A program made the position numbers and the translations under genes. DNA of 64,000 nucleotides from Cytophagia bacterium (GTDB lineage: Bacteria; Bacteroidota; Bacteroidia; UBA7662): assembly GCA_009926405.1 (NCBI GenBank), contig RFOZ01000001.1, positions 3,261 to 67,260 on the forward strand. The letters run 5' to 3'. The notes beneath the pieces were generated by a model, which worked only from the letters and a program-made list of their open reading frames with translations, searched no databases and was not told the origin of the DNA. Of the stretch, positions 1 to 9,760 are shown piece after piece (within the stretch, counting starts at the first letter, position 1; the number at the start of each line of letters is the position of its first letter).

Positions 1-1
1 A

Positions 2-1213
2 TTGCAGGGACACCCATCCCGTCATTTGAACCTGATTGGTGTTACAGGAACCAATGGAAAAACCAGCGTGGTAACCCTTCTTTACCAGGTTTTTAGCAAA
101 ATGGGATTCAACTGCGGGTTGATTTCCACCGTAGAATGCCGGGTGGGGGACCGCATGCTTCCCTCGACTCATACCACCCCGGATGCTCTTCGTTTAAATG
201 AATTGTTACGGGAAATGCTGGAGGCTGGATGTGTTTATGTTTTTATGGAGGTCAGTTCCCATGCCATGGCTCAGCATAGGGTCAGTGGCTTACGGTTTCG
301 GGGGGGTGTTTTCACCAATCTGACCCGCGACCACTTGGATTACCACGGGACCATGGAAAATTATTTTTTGGCCAAGCGTTCCTTTTTTGATGGTCTGGAT
401 AACACGGCCTTTGCCTTGTACAATGCTGATGATGCGTATGGTCAGGCCATGGTTTCCTGCAGCACTGCGATGCGGGTAGCCTATACGTTGACGGGTGCAA
501 ACGAAAGTCCTTCAGGACAACAAGTCTATGAAGGTTCAAACCTGGTCTTGGAACCGGGCTGTTTGCGCATGGATACTACCGAAACCTCCTTAAAGGCAAA
601 TTTAACCGGGCGTTTTAATGCCTACAATGCCCTCGCCGTGTACGCGGTTGCCCGCTTGCTTTCGGCCCAACCCCAAGAAATTGCCAATGCATTGGCGCAA
701 GCGGAGCCTCCCCAAGGTCGGATGTGGAACATGCAGGGACCTGAAGGACGATGGGGGGTGGTGGATTATGCTCATACCCCCGATGCCTTGCAACAAGTTT
801 TGTCCACCCTCTATGACCTTCAAAAAGGCAAAGGTCGACTCTTGGTGGTCTTTGGTTGTGGCGGTGACCGCGATCAAGGCAAACGACCCCTTATGGCCGA
901 GGTGGCTTATGCCAATTCTGATGTTATGGTGATGACATCCGATAATCCTCGCAGCGAAGATCCCTTGCTTATTTTGGAACACATGCGTCAGGGACTGCCT
1001 GCGCATGCCTCGACCGATCGGGTCTATTGCGAGGCGGACCGAGATTTGGCAATTCAAAAAGCGGTTCAATTGAGCTGTCCGGGGGATTTGATTTTGGTGG
1101 CAGGTAAAGGGCACGAATTGTATCAAGAAATTCAGGGTCAACGACTTCCTTTTAGTGATCGCGAGCAGTTGACTCTTCATATGAATGCATTGAAACCCAC
1201 CTCTAAATTCTGA
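2..1213 (+). CDS. murE: UDP-N-acetylmuramoyl-L-alanyl-D-glutamate--2,6-diaminopimelate ligase, 5'-truncated at window edge
   Basis: ORF runs off the left edge. Mur ligase P-loop GVTGTNGKTS and Mur ligase C-terminal domain motifs. Followed by mraY as in dcw clusters. Confidence 0.85.
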   Translation: MQGHPSRHLNLIGVTGTNGKTSVVTLLYQVFSKMGFNCGLISTVECRVGDRMLPSTHTTPDALRLNELLREMLEAGCVYVFMEVSSHAMAQHRVSGLRFRGGVFTNLTRDHLDYHGTMENYFLAKRSFFDGLDNTAFALYNADDAYGQAMVSCSTAMRVAYTLTGANESPSGQQVYEGSNLVLEPGCLRMDTTETSLKANLTGRFNAYNALAVYAVARLLSAQPQEIANALAQAEPPQGRMWNMQGPEGRWGVVDYAHTPDALQQVLSTLYDLQKGKGRLLVVFGCGGDRDQGKRPLMAEVAYANSDVMVMTSDNPRSEDPLLILEHMRQGLPAHASTDRVYCEADRDLAIQKAVQLSCPGDLILVAGKGHELYQEIQGQRLPFSDREQLTLHMNALKPTSKF

Positions 1214-1217
1214 TTCC

Positions 1218-2354
1218 GTGTTGTATTATCTTTTTGATTATTTGGACAGGGTTTGGGACTTGAGCGGTGCCGGGGCCTTTCGTTTTATCACTTTTCGAGC
1301 TTCGTTGGCCGCCGCCCTGTCTTTGTTAATCAGTTTATTTATTGGCAAACGGATCATCCGCTGGCTACAGTCCAAACAAATCGGTGAAAGCATCCGTGAA
1401 TCCGGGCCTGCTACCCATCTCTCCAAAAAAGGTACCCCTACCATGGGAGGGCTGATCTTACTGGTCGCCATTTTGATACCGACCCTCCTGGCAGCAAGGC
1501 CTGATAATATTTATGTTATTTTGATGTTGGTTGCAACCTTGTGGATGGGTGTGATTGGCGGGGTTGACGATTATATCAAAGTTTTTTTGAAAGACAAAAA
1601 AGGCCTGCGTTCCCGATCCAAGGTGATTGGTCAAATAGGTTTGGGGCTTTTGATTGCATCGGTTCTGTATTATCACCGGGATATTTCAACGATGGCCCTC
1701 AAAACCAACCTGCCTATTACCAAATACGGGTTGGATTATTCCAAATTAGGGTGGGATCCATCCTTGGTATGGGCCTTTTATTTTGCACTTATTGTATTTA
1801 TTGTTACTGCGGTTACCAATGCGGTCAATCTCACCGACGGAGTGGATGGTCTGGCCGCTGGGACGAGCGCAATTGTTGGAACGGGTTTGGGTATTCTGGC
1901 TTATATGTCGGGAAATATCAAATTGGCTTCGTACCTCAACCTCCTGTATGTACCGGGTTCCGGGGAGGTGGTTGTTTTTTTGGCGGCCTTGGTTGGAGCC
2001 TGTATCGGGTTTTTGTGGTACAATGCCTATCCTGCCCAGGTTTTTATGGGTGACACGGGGTCGATGGCCCTGGGCGGAGCCTTTGCTTCGGTCGCACTCA
2101 TTATCAAAATGGAATTAATGCTGCCGATTCTGTGCGGTATCTTTTTTGTTGAAAGCCTTTCGGTCATTATTCAAGTCACTTGGTTTCGTTATACCAAAAA
2201 GAGAACAGGAGTGGGTCAACGTGTTTTCCGTATGGCTCCGCTTCATCACCATTACGAATTGGGAGGCCTGGCAGAGCCTAAGTTGGTTACTCGTTTTTGG
2301 ATTGTTACGGTGCTCTTGGTTATCCTCACTTTCACAATGCTCAAACTGCGATGA
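1218..2354 (+). CDS. mraY: phospho-N-acetylmuramoyl-pentapeptide transferase
   Basis: 378 aa polytopic membrane protein with the MraY signature (DDxxD-like VDDYIK, NAVNLTDGVDGLA). Position between murE and murD. Confidence 0.9.
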   Translation: MLYYLFDYLDRVWDLSGAGAFRFITFRASLAAALSLLISLFIGKRIIRWLQSKQIGESIRESGPATHLSKKGTPTMGGLILLVAILIPTLLAARPDNIYVILMLVATLWMGVIGGVDDYIKVFLKDKKGLRSRSKVIGQIGLGLLIASVLYYHRDISTMALKTNLPITKYGLDYSKLGWDPSLVWAFYFALIVFIVTAVTNAVNLTDGVDGLAAGTSAIVGTGLGILAYMSGNIKLASYLNLLYVPGSGEVVVFLAALVGACIGFLWYNAYPAQVFMGDTGSMALGGAFASVALIIKMELMLPILCGIFFVESLSVIIQVTWFRYTKKRTGVGQRVFRMAPLHHHYELGGLAEPKLVTRFWIVTVLLVILTFTMLKLR

Positions 2355-3712
2355 ATAGGGAACGTTTGCTTGTTTTGGGAGCCGGTGAGAGCGGTTGTGG
2401 TGCCGCCCGACTGGGAAAGGTTTTGGGGATGGAAGTAGAGGTTTGGGATCAGGGAACCATCCGGGAGCAGCGAATCCAACAATTGGAAGCGTTGGAGATT
2501 CCGTACACCGCATCCTGTTCCAAGGAAATTGCTTTATGGAAACCGGATTTGGTTATCAAAAGCCCTGGAATTGCTCCGGAATTACCTTGGATTCAGGCGG
2601 CCTTGGACCAAGGGATTCCTGTTGTCGACGAAATTGAATTCGCTGCGGCTCATACCAAGGCAAAGTTGGTGGGGATTACCGGTACCAACGGCAAAACCAC
2701 CACCACCCATTTGACCCATCATGTTCTCAAAAGTGCCGGATTACGAGCCGGGATTGCGGGCAATATGGGTCGCAGTTTTGCAGGTGCTGTGGCCGAGGAT
2801 TTGATGGCCGATTCCAACCATGGACCGGAGATCTATGTCTTGGAGGTTAGCTCCTTTCAATTGGATGGTCTGCACAAGACCCGTTTTGACATTGGGGTTC
2901 TGACCAATATAACCCCTGATCATTTGGACCGCTACGGTTATCGTATGGAAAACTATGTGCAATCCAAATTCAGATTAGTCCGTAACATGGATCACCGAAG
3001 TGCCTTGGTTTGGTGCAGCGATGATGCCTACAGCCGCCAAGGCATGGATTGCCTGGTCCAAAAGCCTTTTCAAACCTATACCCTATCGTGGGATCGTCCT
3101 TCTTCCTTTGGAGGAGGGGCCTACACCCTTGACTCTCAACTATTCCTCGAAATGAACGATAAACGTATGTCCATGCCCCTGAACGAATTGGCCTTGGTTG
3201 GCCGCCACAATACGTACAACTCAATGGCGGCGGCCGTCGTCGCCCAATTGATGGAGGTACGCAAAGAAAGTATCCGCGAGAGTCTGACAAATTTTGATCA
3301 GTTGGAGCATCGGCTCGAAAAAGTGGGCCGCATCCGTGGGGTTGATTATATCAACGATTCCAAAGCCACCAACGTCTGGTATGCTTTGGAATCCATGGAC
3401 AAGCCGGTGCTCTGGATCGCGGGCGGTGTCGACAAGGGGAATGATTATACGGCCCTTTATGATTTGGTGGCCTCCAAAGTCAAAGTATTGATTTGCATGG
3501 GCAAAGACAACAGGGCCCTGCATGAAGCCTTTGCCGGCAAGGTTCCGGTCATCGTCAATGTATCCGGGATGCAGGAATGTGTTCAAAGGGCGTATCAACT
3601 AGCCCAAAAAGGGGACGCTGTTTTGTTATCACCCGCCTGCGCCAGTTTTGATTTCTTCGAGAACTACGAGGATCGTGGACGACAGTTTAAGTATTTTGTT
3701 AACCAGCTGTAA
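2351..3712 (+). CDS. murD: UDP-N-acetylmuramoylalanine--D-glutamate ligase
   Basis: Start chosen at MNRERLLVLGAGESG (Rossmann N-terminus), overlapping the mraY stop as ATGA. Mur ligase P-loop GITGTNGKTTT. Confidence 0.88.
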   Translation: MNRERLLVLGAGESGCGAARLGKVLGMEVEVWDQGTIREQRIQQLEALEIPYTASCSKEIALWKPDLVIKSPGIAPELPWIQAALDQGIPVVDEIEFAAAHTKAKLVGITGTNGKTTTTHLTHHVLKSAGLRAGIAGNMGRSFAGAVAEDLMADSNHGPEIYVLEVSSFQLDGLHKTRFDIGVLTNITPDHLDRYGYRMENYVQSKFRLVRNMDHRSALVWCSDDAYSRQGMDCLVQKPFQTYTLSWDRPSSFGGGAYTLDSQLFLEMNDKRMSMPLNELALVGRHNTYNSMAAAVVAQLMEVRKESIRESLTNFDQLEHRLEKVGRIRGVDYINDSKATNVWYALESMDKPVLWIAGGVDKGNDYTALYDLVASKVKVLICMGKDNRALHEAFAGKVPVIVNVSGMQECVQRAYQLAQKGDAVLLSPACASFDFFENYEDRGRQFKYFVNQL

Positions 3713-3726
3713 GAATACGTAGCCCA

Positions 3727-4950
3727 ATGATGAACAGTTGGTCGGCATTGTTTAAGGGGGATCGGGTTCTCTGGATTCTCATTGGGCTCCTGATGGTGAG
3801 CTCTTTGCCTCTCATTTATTCATCCATTGGCCAATTAGCACTTCGTAACAACGATGGGAATATTGAGCGATTTTTGTTAGCCCATGGCTTCAAACTGATG
3901 TTAGGAGGTATCATTATGCTTTTTGTTCATCGTATACCTTACCTTTGGTTGGGACGGATTTCTGCTTGGGGCGTTTATATCGGATGTGCGATTCTTGCGG
4001 TAACCCTGGTGTATGGACAAACAATCAATTCGGCATCCAGGTCTTTGGTGATTCCCTTTACGAACATTAGTTTTCAGGGCTCGGATCCGGCTCGGTTTTT
4101 CTTGATTTTGTGGTTGGCTCGGGGCCTGGCTTTGTTACAGAAAGACGAAAAAATTCGGCGATTTAGGGATGGCTGGGCCCGATTGTTAGGCGGGATTATG
4201 GTTACGGCTGTTTTGATTGCCCCCGAAAATTTGTCGACTGCTCTCATGTTAATCGGTGTTGGGATGGGGATGATTTGGGTGGCCGGTGCCCGCATTGTTG
4301 ATTTATCCAAGGTTGTTGTTGGAGGCGTTCTGGTCGTGCTTTTTCTTGTTTCGGTGGCTTATTGGGCGGGATGGCCCCGGGCCCGGGTTTGGAAGAATCG
4401 TGTTGAGTCGTTTTGGAACCAAAGCCCTGGTCAGGAGGATTTTCAGGTAACACAAGCCAAAATAGCCGTATCGGACGGGGGGTTATGGGGTAAGGGACCC
4501 GGAAAAAGCATCCAACGGAATTTTTTGCCCCATGCTTATTCCGATTTTATTTATGCGATTGTGATTGAAGAGTATGGGATGGCCGGGGCCATCTGGGTTT
4601 TGGTCTTGTACCTGGGTTTGTTCTATCGTGTTCGAAAAATTGCGATGCGGGCCCGTTCGCCTTACGGGGCCTACATTGCATCGGGGATGGGCATGGCTTT
4701 AATGGCCCAAGCCGTGGTGAATATGCTGGTCTCGGTGAGCGCCATGCCAGTGACCGGACAGACCCTGCCGTTTATATCGCACGGTGGAAGTTCCATCCTC
4801 ATCAATGCCTTGGCCATGGGCGTGGTTCTAAGTGTTAGTCGGGACATGACCGGGGAAGGGGACTGGTCTGAATTGGATATTGAGAGCGAATCCAGCAATT
4901 CGATTGCGTCGGAAACAAATTCATCCAACGGGGAGGCCGCGTATGCCTAG
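3727..4950 (+). CDS. ftsW: FtsW/RodA/SpoVE family peptidoglycan glycosyltransferase (cell division)
   Basis: 407 aa multi-pass membrane protein of the SEDS family. dcw position between murD and murG. Confidence 0.85.
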   Translation: MMNSWSALFKGDRVLWILIGLLMVSSLPLIYSSIGQLALRNNDGNIERFLLAHGFKLMLGGIIMLFVHRIPYLWLGRISAWGVYIGCAILAVTLVYGQTINSASRSLVIPFTNISFQGSDPARFFLILWLARGLALLQKDEKIRRFRDGWARLLGGIMVTAVLIAPENLSTALMLIGVGMGMIWVAGARIVDLSKVVVGGVLVVLFLVSVAYWAGWPRARVWKNRVESFWNQSPGQEDFQVTQAKIAVSDGGLWGKGPGKSIQRNFLPHAYSDFIYAIVIEEYGMAGAIWVLVLYLGLFYRVRKIAMRARSPYGAYIASGMGMALMAQAVVNMLVSVSAMPVTGQTLPFISHGGSSILINALAMGVVLSVSRDMTGEGDWSELDIESESSNSIASETNSSNGEAAYA

Positions 4951-6076
4951 TTCATTGCAACATCAACCGGATTCGGTTTGGAAAATCATGGTGAGCGGCG
5001 GTGGAACCGGGGGGCATGTGTTTCCAGCGATCAGCATCGCCCAGGCCTGCAGGGATCTGAGTCCGAATTGTTCGGTTCACTTTGTCGGGGCTTTGGGTAA
5101 AATTGAAATGACGCAGGTACCGTTGGCTGGATTTCCAATTACGGGTTTTTGGATTAGGGGATTTCAGCGCAAAGCCTTTTGGAAAAACTGGGCCTTGCCT
5201 CTGCAGATTCTGGTTTCTGTGGTGCATGCCTGGGTCTTGTTACGAAAGTTTCGCCCCCATGCGGTGGTCGGCGTGGGTGGTTATGCCAGCGGTCCGCTTC
5301 TTTGGGTTGCTCAGCGTTTGGGTATCTCAACGGCTTTGCAGGAACAAAACGCCCTACCGGGAGCCACCAATCGTTTTCTCTCGGGCGGTGCACGCCGGGT
5401 TTATGTGGCTTTTGAAGGCATGGAAGCCTATTTTGGCTCGAACAAAACGGTGGTGACCGGCAACCCGGTTCGTCATGAATTGCAGATTCAGGGGCCTAGC
5501 CGCGAAGAGGCCTTGAAATTTTGGGGCTTGTCCGGCGAGCAAAAAACAGTCTTGGTTTTGGGGGGAAGTTTGGGGGCTAGGGCCTTGAACGAAGCGGTGG
5601 AAGCCTGCCTGCGTTCTGATGCCCTCGAAGTGGTCTGGCTCTGGCAATGCGGCCGTCATTACCAATTGCCGGAAGACCTAAAGGCAAAGCAAGGGCCGAA
5701 ATTGAGGGTTTTGCCTTTTGTACAAGAGATGACGATGGCCTATGCGGCGGCCGATTGGATTGTATCGAGGGCTGGTGCTGGAACCATGAGCGAATTGGCC
5801 TTGGTTGCCAAGCCTTGTTTACTCGTGCCTTCACCCTACGTCGCTGAAAATCATCAACATCACAATGCGATGAATTGGGTAAACCAATCCCTTGCGTGGA
5901 TTAGCAGCGATGCTTCGATTGCAAATGATTTACCACGGGTTCTAGGGGAATGGGGCAAGGATCCCAAAGCTGCGGAGGCCAAAGCTCTGGGTTTGCGAAA
6001 ATGGTCCCGTCCGGATGCAGCCCGACGAATTGCGATCGATTTGTTTGATTTAACCTACAAAAAAAACGCCGCATGA
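4943..6076 (+). CDS. murG: undecaprenyldiphospho-muramoylpentapeptide beta-N-acetylglucosaminyltransferase
   Basis: N-terminal GGGTGGHVFPA motif typical of MurG. Start at the in-frame ATG overlapping the ftsW stop. dcw context. Confidence 0.85.
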   Translation: MPSSLQHQPDSVWKIMVSGGGTGGHVFPAISIAQACRDLSPNCSVHFVGALGKIEMTQVPLAGFPITGFWIRGFQRKAFWKNWALPLQILVSVVHAWVLLRKFRPHAVVGVGGYASGPLLWVAQRLGISTALQEQNALPGATNRFLSGGARRVYVAFEGMEAYFGSNKTVVTGNPVRHELQIQGPSREEALKFWGLSGEQKTVLVLGGSLGARALNEAVEACLRSDALEVVWLWQCGRHYQLPEDLKAKQGPKLRVLPFVQEMTMAYAAADWIVSRAGAGTMSELALVAKPCLLVPSPYVAENHQHHNAMNWVNQSLAWISSDASIANDLPRVLGEWGKDPKAAEAKALGLRKWSRPDAARRIAIDLFDLTYKKNAA

Positions 6077-7539
6077 ATCCAATGGCCTATAAGCGTTATT
6101 TTTTGATTGGTATCGGGGGTATCGGAATGAGTGCGCTTGCCCGTTACCTTTTGTTATCAGGCAAAGAGGTAGCCGGGTATGACCGCATAAGCAGTGATTT
6201 AACCCGCGCTTTGCAGGCTTCCGGGGCCTTGGTTTTGGAGCATTTGAACACCGAACAATGTCCTCCCCCCTTTGACGAGCATCCCGAACATTGCTTGGTG
6301 ATTTACACTCCGGCGGTCCCCTTTGATCAGCCTTGGTTGACTTATTTTCGAAACGGCAACTATACCATCATCAAGAGGGCCCGCATGTTGGGGTTGCTGA
6401 CCGCTCGTCGTCCCACGGTGGCCGTGGCCGGAACCCACGGCAAGACAACCACAACGTCTTTGATAGCCCATTTGCTGCGTTGCGGTGGATTGGATGTAAC
6501 AGCCTTTTTGGGTGGATTGGGTGTTGATGCCTCCTCAAACCTAATGATGGGCAGTGAGCACGCAATGATGGTGGTTGAAGCGGATGAATACGATCGTTCT
6601 TTTCATGAATTGCAGCCTGAATGGGCCGTGGTAACGAGTACGGATCCTGATCACCTGGATGTGTACGGGGATGCCGGTGCTGTCCTGCGCTCCTACCGAC
6701 AATTTGCTCAATCGGCTGCTCGCTTGTTGGTGTCCCGTGCGGGTTTGGATCTCCAACCCATGGAGGGGGTCCGGCATTTGACCTACGGAAGCAGCGAAGG
6801 GATTTATGCAGATCAGGTAGCGGTTTCGGAGGGTTACCTCTGGTTTGATTACCATGGGAAAACTGTAATTAAGGATATCCCTAGCATGTTACCCGGTCAA
6901 CATAACATCGAAAACGCGTTGGCTGCTATCACCATTGCCTTGGAATGCGGGGTGGCGCCGGAGAGTATTGCACCGGCTATGGCCGATTTTAAGGGAATCA
7001 AGCGACGCTTTGAGTACGTGGCCCGAGGCAAACGCCGCTGGCTGGTGGATGATTACGCTCATCACCCCCGGGAAATTGATGCTTTGATCCGTGGCCTGCG
7101 CCTCATGCACCCCAACAGTCGTGTTTTGGGCATCTTCCAACCGCACCTTTACAGCAGGACCCGTGACTTTGCGCCTGAATTTGCGCGTTCCCTATCCGCT
7201 TTGGACGAGTGTTGGTTGCTGCCGATTTACCCGGCCCGCGAAAAACCGATGGAAGGCGTCGATAGTGGGTTGATTGCCAAGGATATGACCTGTGTTCATC
7301 GCTGTTTGCCGGTGAGCGAAGGGTCCAGCCCTGCATGGATACAGGATGTGTTGGAGCATCCCTCCGATTTGGTGGTCACCATCGGAGCCGGTGATATCGA
7401 TCAATATTTGGATGCAATCGCGGTTCGTATTCTGGCCGAAGAATCGGCTTCACCCCGTATGGCAAAGCCTTCCGGCCCCTATTCTTCGGAGGGGTCAACC
7501 AATTCAAACCCCAGCGACAACCGTGATCTCTTCGCTTAG
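6073..7539 (+). CDS. murC: UDP-N-acetylmuramate--L-alanine ligase
   Basis: N-terminal GIGGIGMSALA and Mur ligase P-loop GTHGKTTTTS. A roughly 30 aa low-complexity C-terminal tail. Confidence 0.9.
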   Translation: MNPMAYKRYFLIGIGGIGMSALARYLLLSGKEVAGYDRISSDLTRALQASGALVLEHLNTEQCPPPFDEHPEHCLVIYTPAVPFDQPWLTYFRNGNYTIIKRARMLGLLTARRPTVAVAGTHGKTTTTSLIAHLLRCGGLDVTAFLGGLGVDASSNLMMGSEHAMMVVEADEYDRSFHELQPEWAVVTSTDPDHLDVYGDAGAVLRSYRQFAQSAARLLVSRAGLDLQPMEGVRHLTYGSSEGIYADQVAVSEGYLWFDYHGKTVIKDIPSMLPGQHNIENALAAITIALECGVAPESIAPAMADFKGIKRRFEYVARGKRRWLVDDYAHHPREIDALIRGLRLMHPNSRVLGIFQPHLYSRTRDFAPEFARSLSALDECWLLPIYPAREKPMEGVDSGLIAKDMTCVHRCLPVSEGSSPAWIQDVLEHPSDLVVTIGAGDIDQYLDAIAVRILAEESASPRMAKPSGPYSSEGSTNSNPSDNRDLFA

Positions 7540-7582
7540 TCAAAAAATTCGCTCCCTTGATTGGGCGACTGTTCGCCTTGCC

Positions 7583-8299
7583 ATGCTACGCATCCTGGGG
7601 TTGGGCTTGGTAACCGTGATTTGGGTGGGTGCACAGAACGAACTCAAGGCGACCAAAATCAAAAAAGTGGAGGTGGTCTACCGGGATCAGCATGGAATGC
7701 ACCTGTTGAGTGAAGGGGAAATATCCCGCGTTGTCTCTTTGAAGGCAAACCGGTCTCCTCGGGGAATGATGGTCCATGAAAAGACCTTAAGATCCCTGCC
7801 TTCGCTGGTCCGTGCCGATCTTAGCCTGGGCTTGGACCGTGTTCTTTGGGTGGAGGTGGAATTCAGTCGTCCGGTCTTGAGAGTGATGCCCGTTGGAAGG
7901 CCCGGCTATTACTTGGATAATCGCGGTCTGGGCGTGCCTTTGAGCCCCGGGTTTGCCTGGCCACTTCCCCTTATCCTGGGCAATGTACCCGGTCATTGGT
8001 CCCAAGCCAAACTGCCTATGCATACGGGACTGGCCTTGGCCCTCAGGACCCACCAAGTCCTGGTGTCAGATTCCATCTTGGGAAAGGAAGTGACCCAATA
8101 CGTGCTATCCGGCAGGGACTCGGCCTCGTTGGAGTTACAGACCCGCTCCGGCCAACGAATCTGGGTAGGCACCTCCATGGATTTGACAGCCAAGCTGCGC
8201 AAGCTTTCGGTTTTTTACCGTTGGGCGCCGGCAGACTCTCTTCCGACCCGTTTTCATAACATCAATCTCATTTTTAAAGATCAAATTGTATGTCGCTAA
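7583..8299 (+). CDS. ftsQ: cell division protein FtsQ/DivIB-like
   Basis: Lies between murC and ftsA. N-terminal TM segment LRILGLGLVTVIWVG then a POTRA-like region. Start codon uncertain: first in-frame ATG after the murC stop was chosen. Confidence 0.6.
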   Translation: MLRILGLGLVTVIWVGAQNELKATKIKKVEVVYRDQHGMHLLSEGEISRVVSLKANRSPRGMMVHEKTLRSLPSLVRADLSLGLDRVLWVEVEFSRPVLRVMPVGRPGYYLDNRGLGVPLSPGFAWPLPLILGNVPGHWSQAKLPMHTGLALALRTHQVLVSDSILGKEVTQYVLSGRDSASLELQTRSGQRIWVGTSMDLTAKLRKLSVFYRWAPADSLPTRFHNINLIFKDQIVCR

Positions 8300-9687
8300 A
8301 TTTCTCAAGTTTCAGAAACGCAGTATCTCCCCGCAAGGCACCGGAGCCGGTGCCGGTGCCGGAGCCTGAAATCGTTGTCGGTCTGGATATCGGTACGACC
8401 AAAATCTGCGCGGTGGTCGGACGGCGCAACGAACACAACAAGGTAGACATCTTGGGTATGGGCTCGGCTGTTTCTCAAGGGGTCAACCGGGGGACGGTGG
8501 CCAATATTGAGCTGACAGTTCAATCCATTAAACAAGCCGTAGCAGAGGCCTCGGCTCGCTCAGGTGTCGATATACGGGTTGTCAACGTCGGAATCGCTGG
8601 TCAACACATCCGCAGTCATCAACAGCGCAACATGATGACTCGCCAAAACCGTGAAACCGAAATTTCAAAGGCTGATGTGAATCGTTTGTTGGAGGAGATG
8701 TACCGAGTGCCTCAGCAAGCGGGGTATGAAATCATTCATGTTTTGCCCCAAGATTATACGGTCGATGGCGAAAAAGATATTACCAACCCAGTCGGCATGA
8801 GTGGTATTACCCTGGAGGGTATGTTCCACATGATTACCGGTTCGGTGGGAGCCATCATGAATATCAAACGCTGCGTCGAACTTTCCGGTCTGCTCATCAA
8901 TGGTTTGACTCTTGAGCCGCTGGCTTCGGCCGAAGCGGTTTTGAGCAAGGACGAGAAGGATGCCGGAGTTGTTTTGGTTGATATAGGGGGCGGCACCACC
9001 GATATCGCCATCTTTCATCAGAACATCATTCGTCATACGGCGGTTATCCCATTGGGCGGAAATATCATAACCCAAGACATACGGGAAGGTTGCTCTGTTT
9101 TGTTTGATCAAGCCGAAGCCCTGAAGGTTCGTTTCGGTTCGGCCTTGGCCCATGAAAGCATGGCCAACGAAGTAGTTTCGATTCCCGGTATTCGTGGCAG
9201 GGATCCGAAAGAAATCAGTTTGCTGACCTTGGCCAATATCATCAATGCCCGGGTCAAGGAAATTATTCAGCATGTACAATATGAAATTCGTAGTTCCGGT
9301 TATGAAAAGCGACTGAGCGCAGGCATCGTTCTAACAGGAGGGGGAGCCCGTTTGAAGAACATCAAACATTTGTTTTCGCTTATGACGGGTATGGAGGCCT
9401 GCGTTGGGGATTCCAACGGGCACCTGAGCCAGGCTCCGGATCTAATCAAATCCCCGGTTTATGCAACCGTTTGCGGTCTGGTTTTGACCTCGTTGGCCAA
9501 ATTGGAAAATGAAGGTGCCTCATCCAATGGACAAGGCAACCAACGATCCGGGGGTTCTGGTGAATCGGGCGGTGATAGCGGACCATCTCCGGTTCGGGAG
9601 GGTTTGTTGGAACGATTGCTTACGGTCCTGCCGGGATTCTTCATGGATCCGGAATTGGGCTCCAAAAACAGTCCGCATCGTGGATAA
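8290..9687 (+). CDS. ftsA: cell division protein FtsA
   Basis: Actin-like ATPase motifs (VGLDIGTTKICAVV, VLVDIGGGTTDIAIF). Proline/Glu-rich N-terminal extension. Precedes ftsZ. Confidence 0.9.
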   Translation: MSLNFSSFRNAVSPRKAPEPVPVPEPEIVVGLDIGTTKICAVVGRRNEHNKVDILGMGSAVSQGVNRGTVANIELTVQSIKQAVAEASARSGVDIRVVNVGIAGQHIRSHQQRNMMTRQNRETEISKADVNRLLEEMYRVPQQAGYEIIHVLPQDYTVDGEKDITNPVGMSGITLEGMFHMITGSVGAIMNIKRCVELSGLLINGLTLEPLASAEAVLSKDEKDAGVVLVDIGGGTTDIAIFHQNIIRHTAVIPLGGNIITQDIREGCSVLFDQAEALKVRFGSALAHESMANEVVSIPGIRGRDPKEISLLTLANIINARVKEIIQHVQYEIRSSGYEKRLSAGIVLTGGGARLKNIKHLFSLMTGMEACVGDSNGHLSQAPDLIKSPVYATVCGLVLTSLAKLENEGASSNGQGNQRSGGSGESGGDSGPSPVREGLLERLLTVLPGFFMDPELGSKNSPHRG

Positions 9688-9760
9688 TTTTTAATTCAAC
9701 ATTCTGTCATTTAACAAAAAACGATAAATAATTTTATAACCACTTAATACTTTATTTTTT
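9688..9760 (+). promoter_or_regulatory. AT-rich intergenic region upstream of ftsZ, probable promoter
   Basis: 73 nt of about 80% A+T between ftsA and ftsZ, in contrast to the surrounding 55% GC. No ORF. Confidence 0.3.

Noticed and set aside
8665-9279. 204-aa minus-strand ORF inside ftsA, and similar antisense ORFs inside ftsZ (10796..11266), rplC (20887..21435), rpoA/rplQ (33732..34355), phoH (42326..43009), purC (43317..44021) and gltA (14658..15155, 15240..15695)
   Set aside because: All are fully contained in the opposite strand of well-supported conserved genes and lack recognisable domains. Treated as non-coding shadows.
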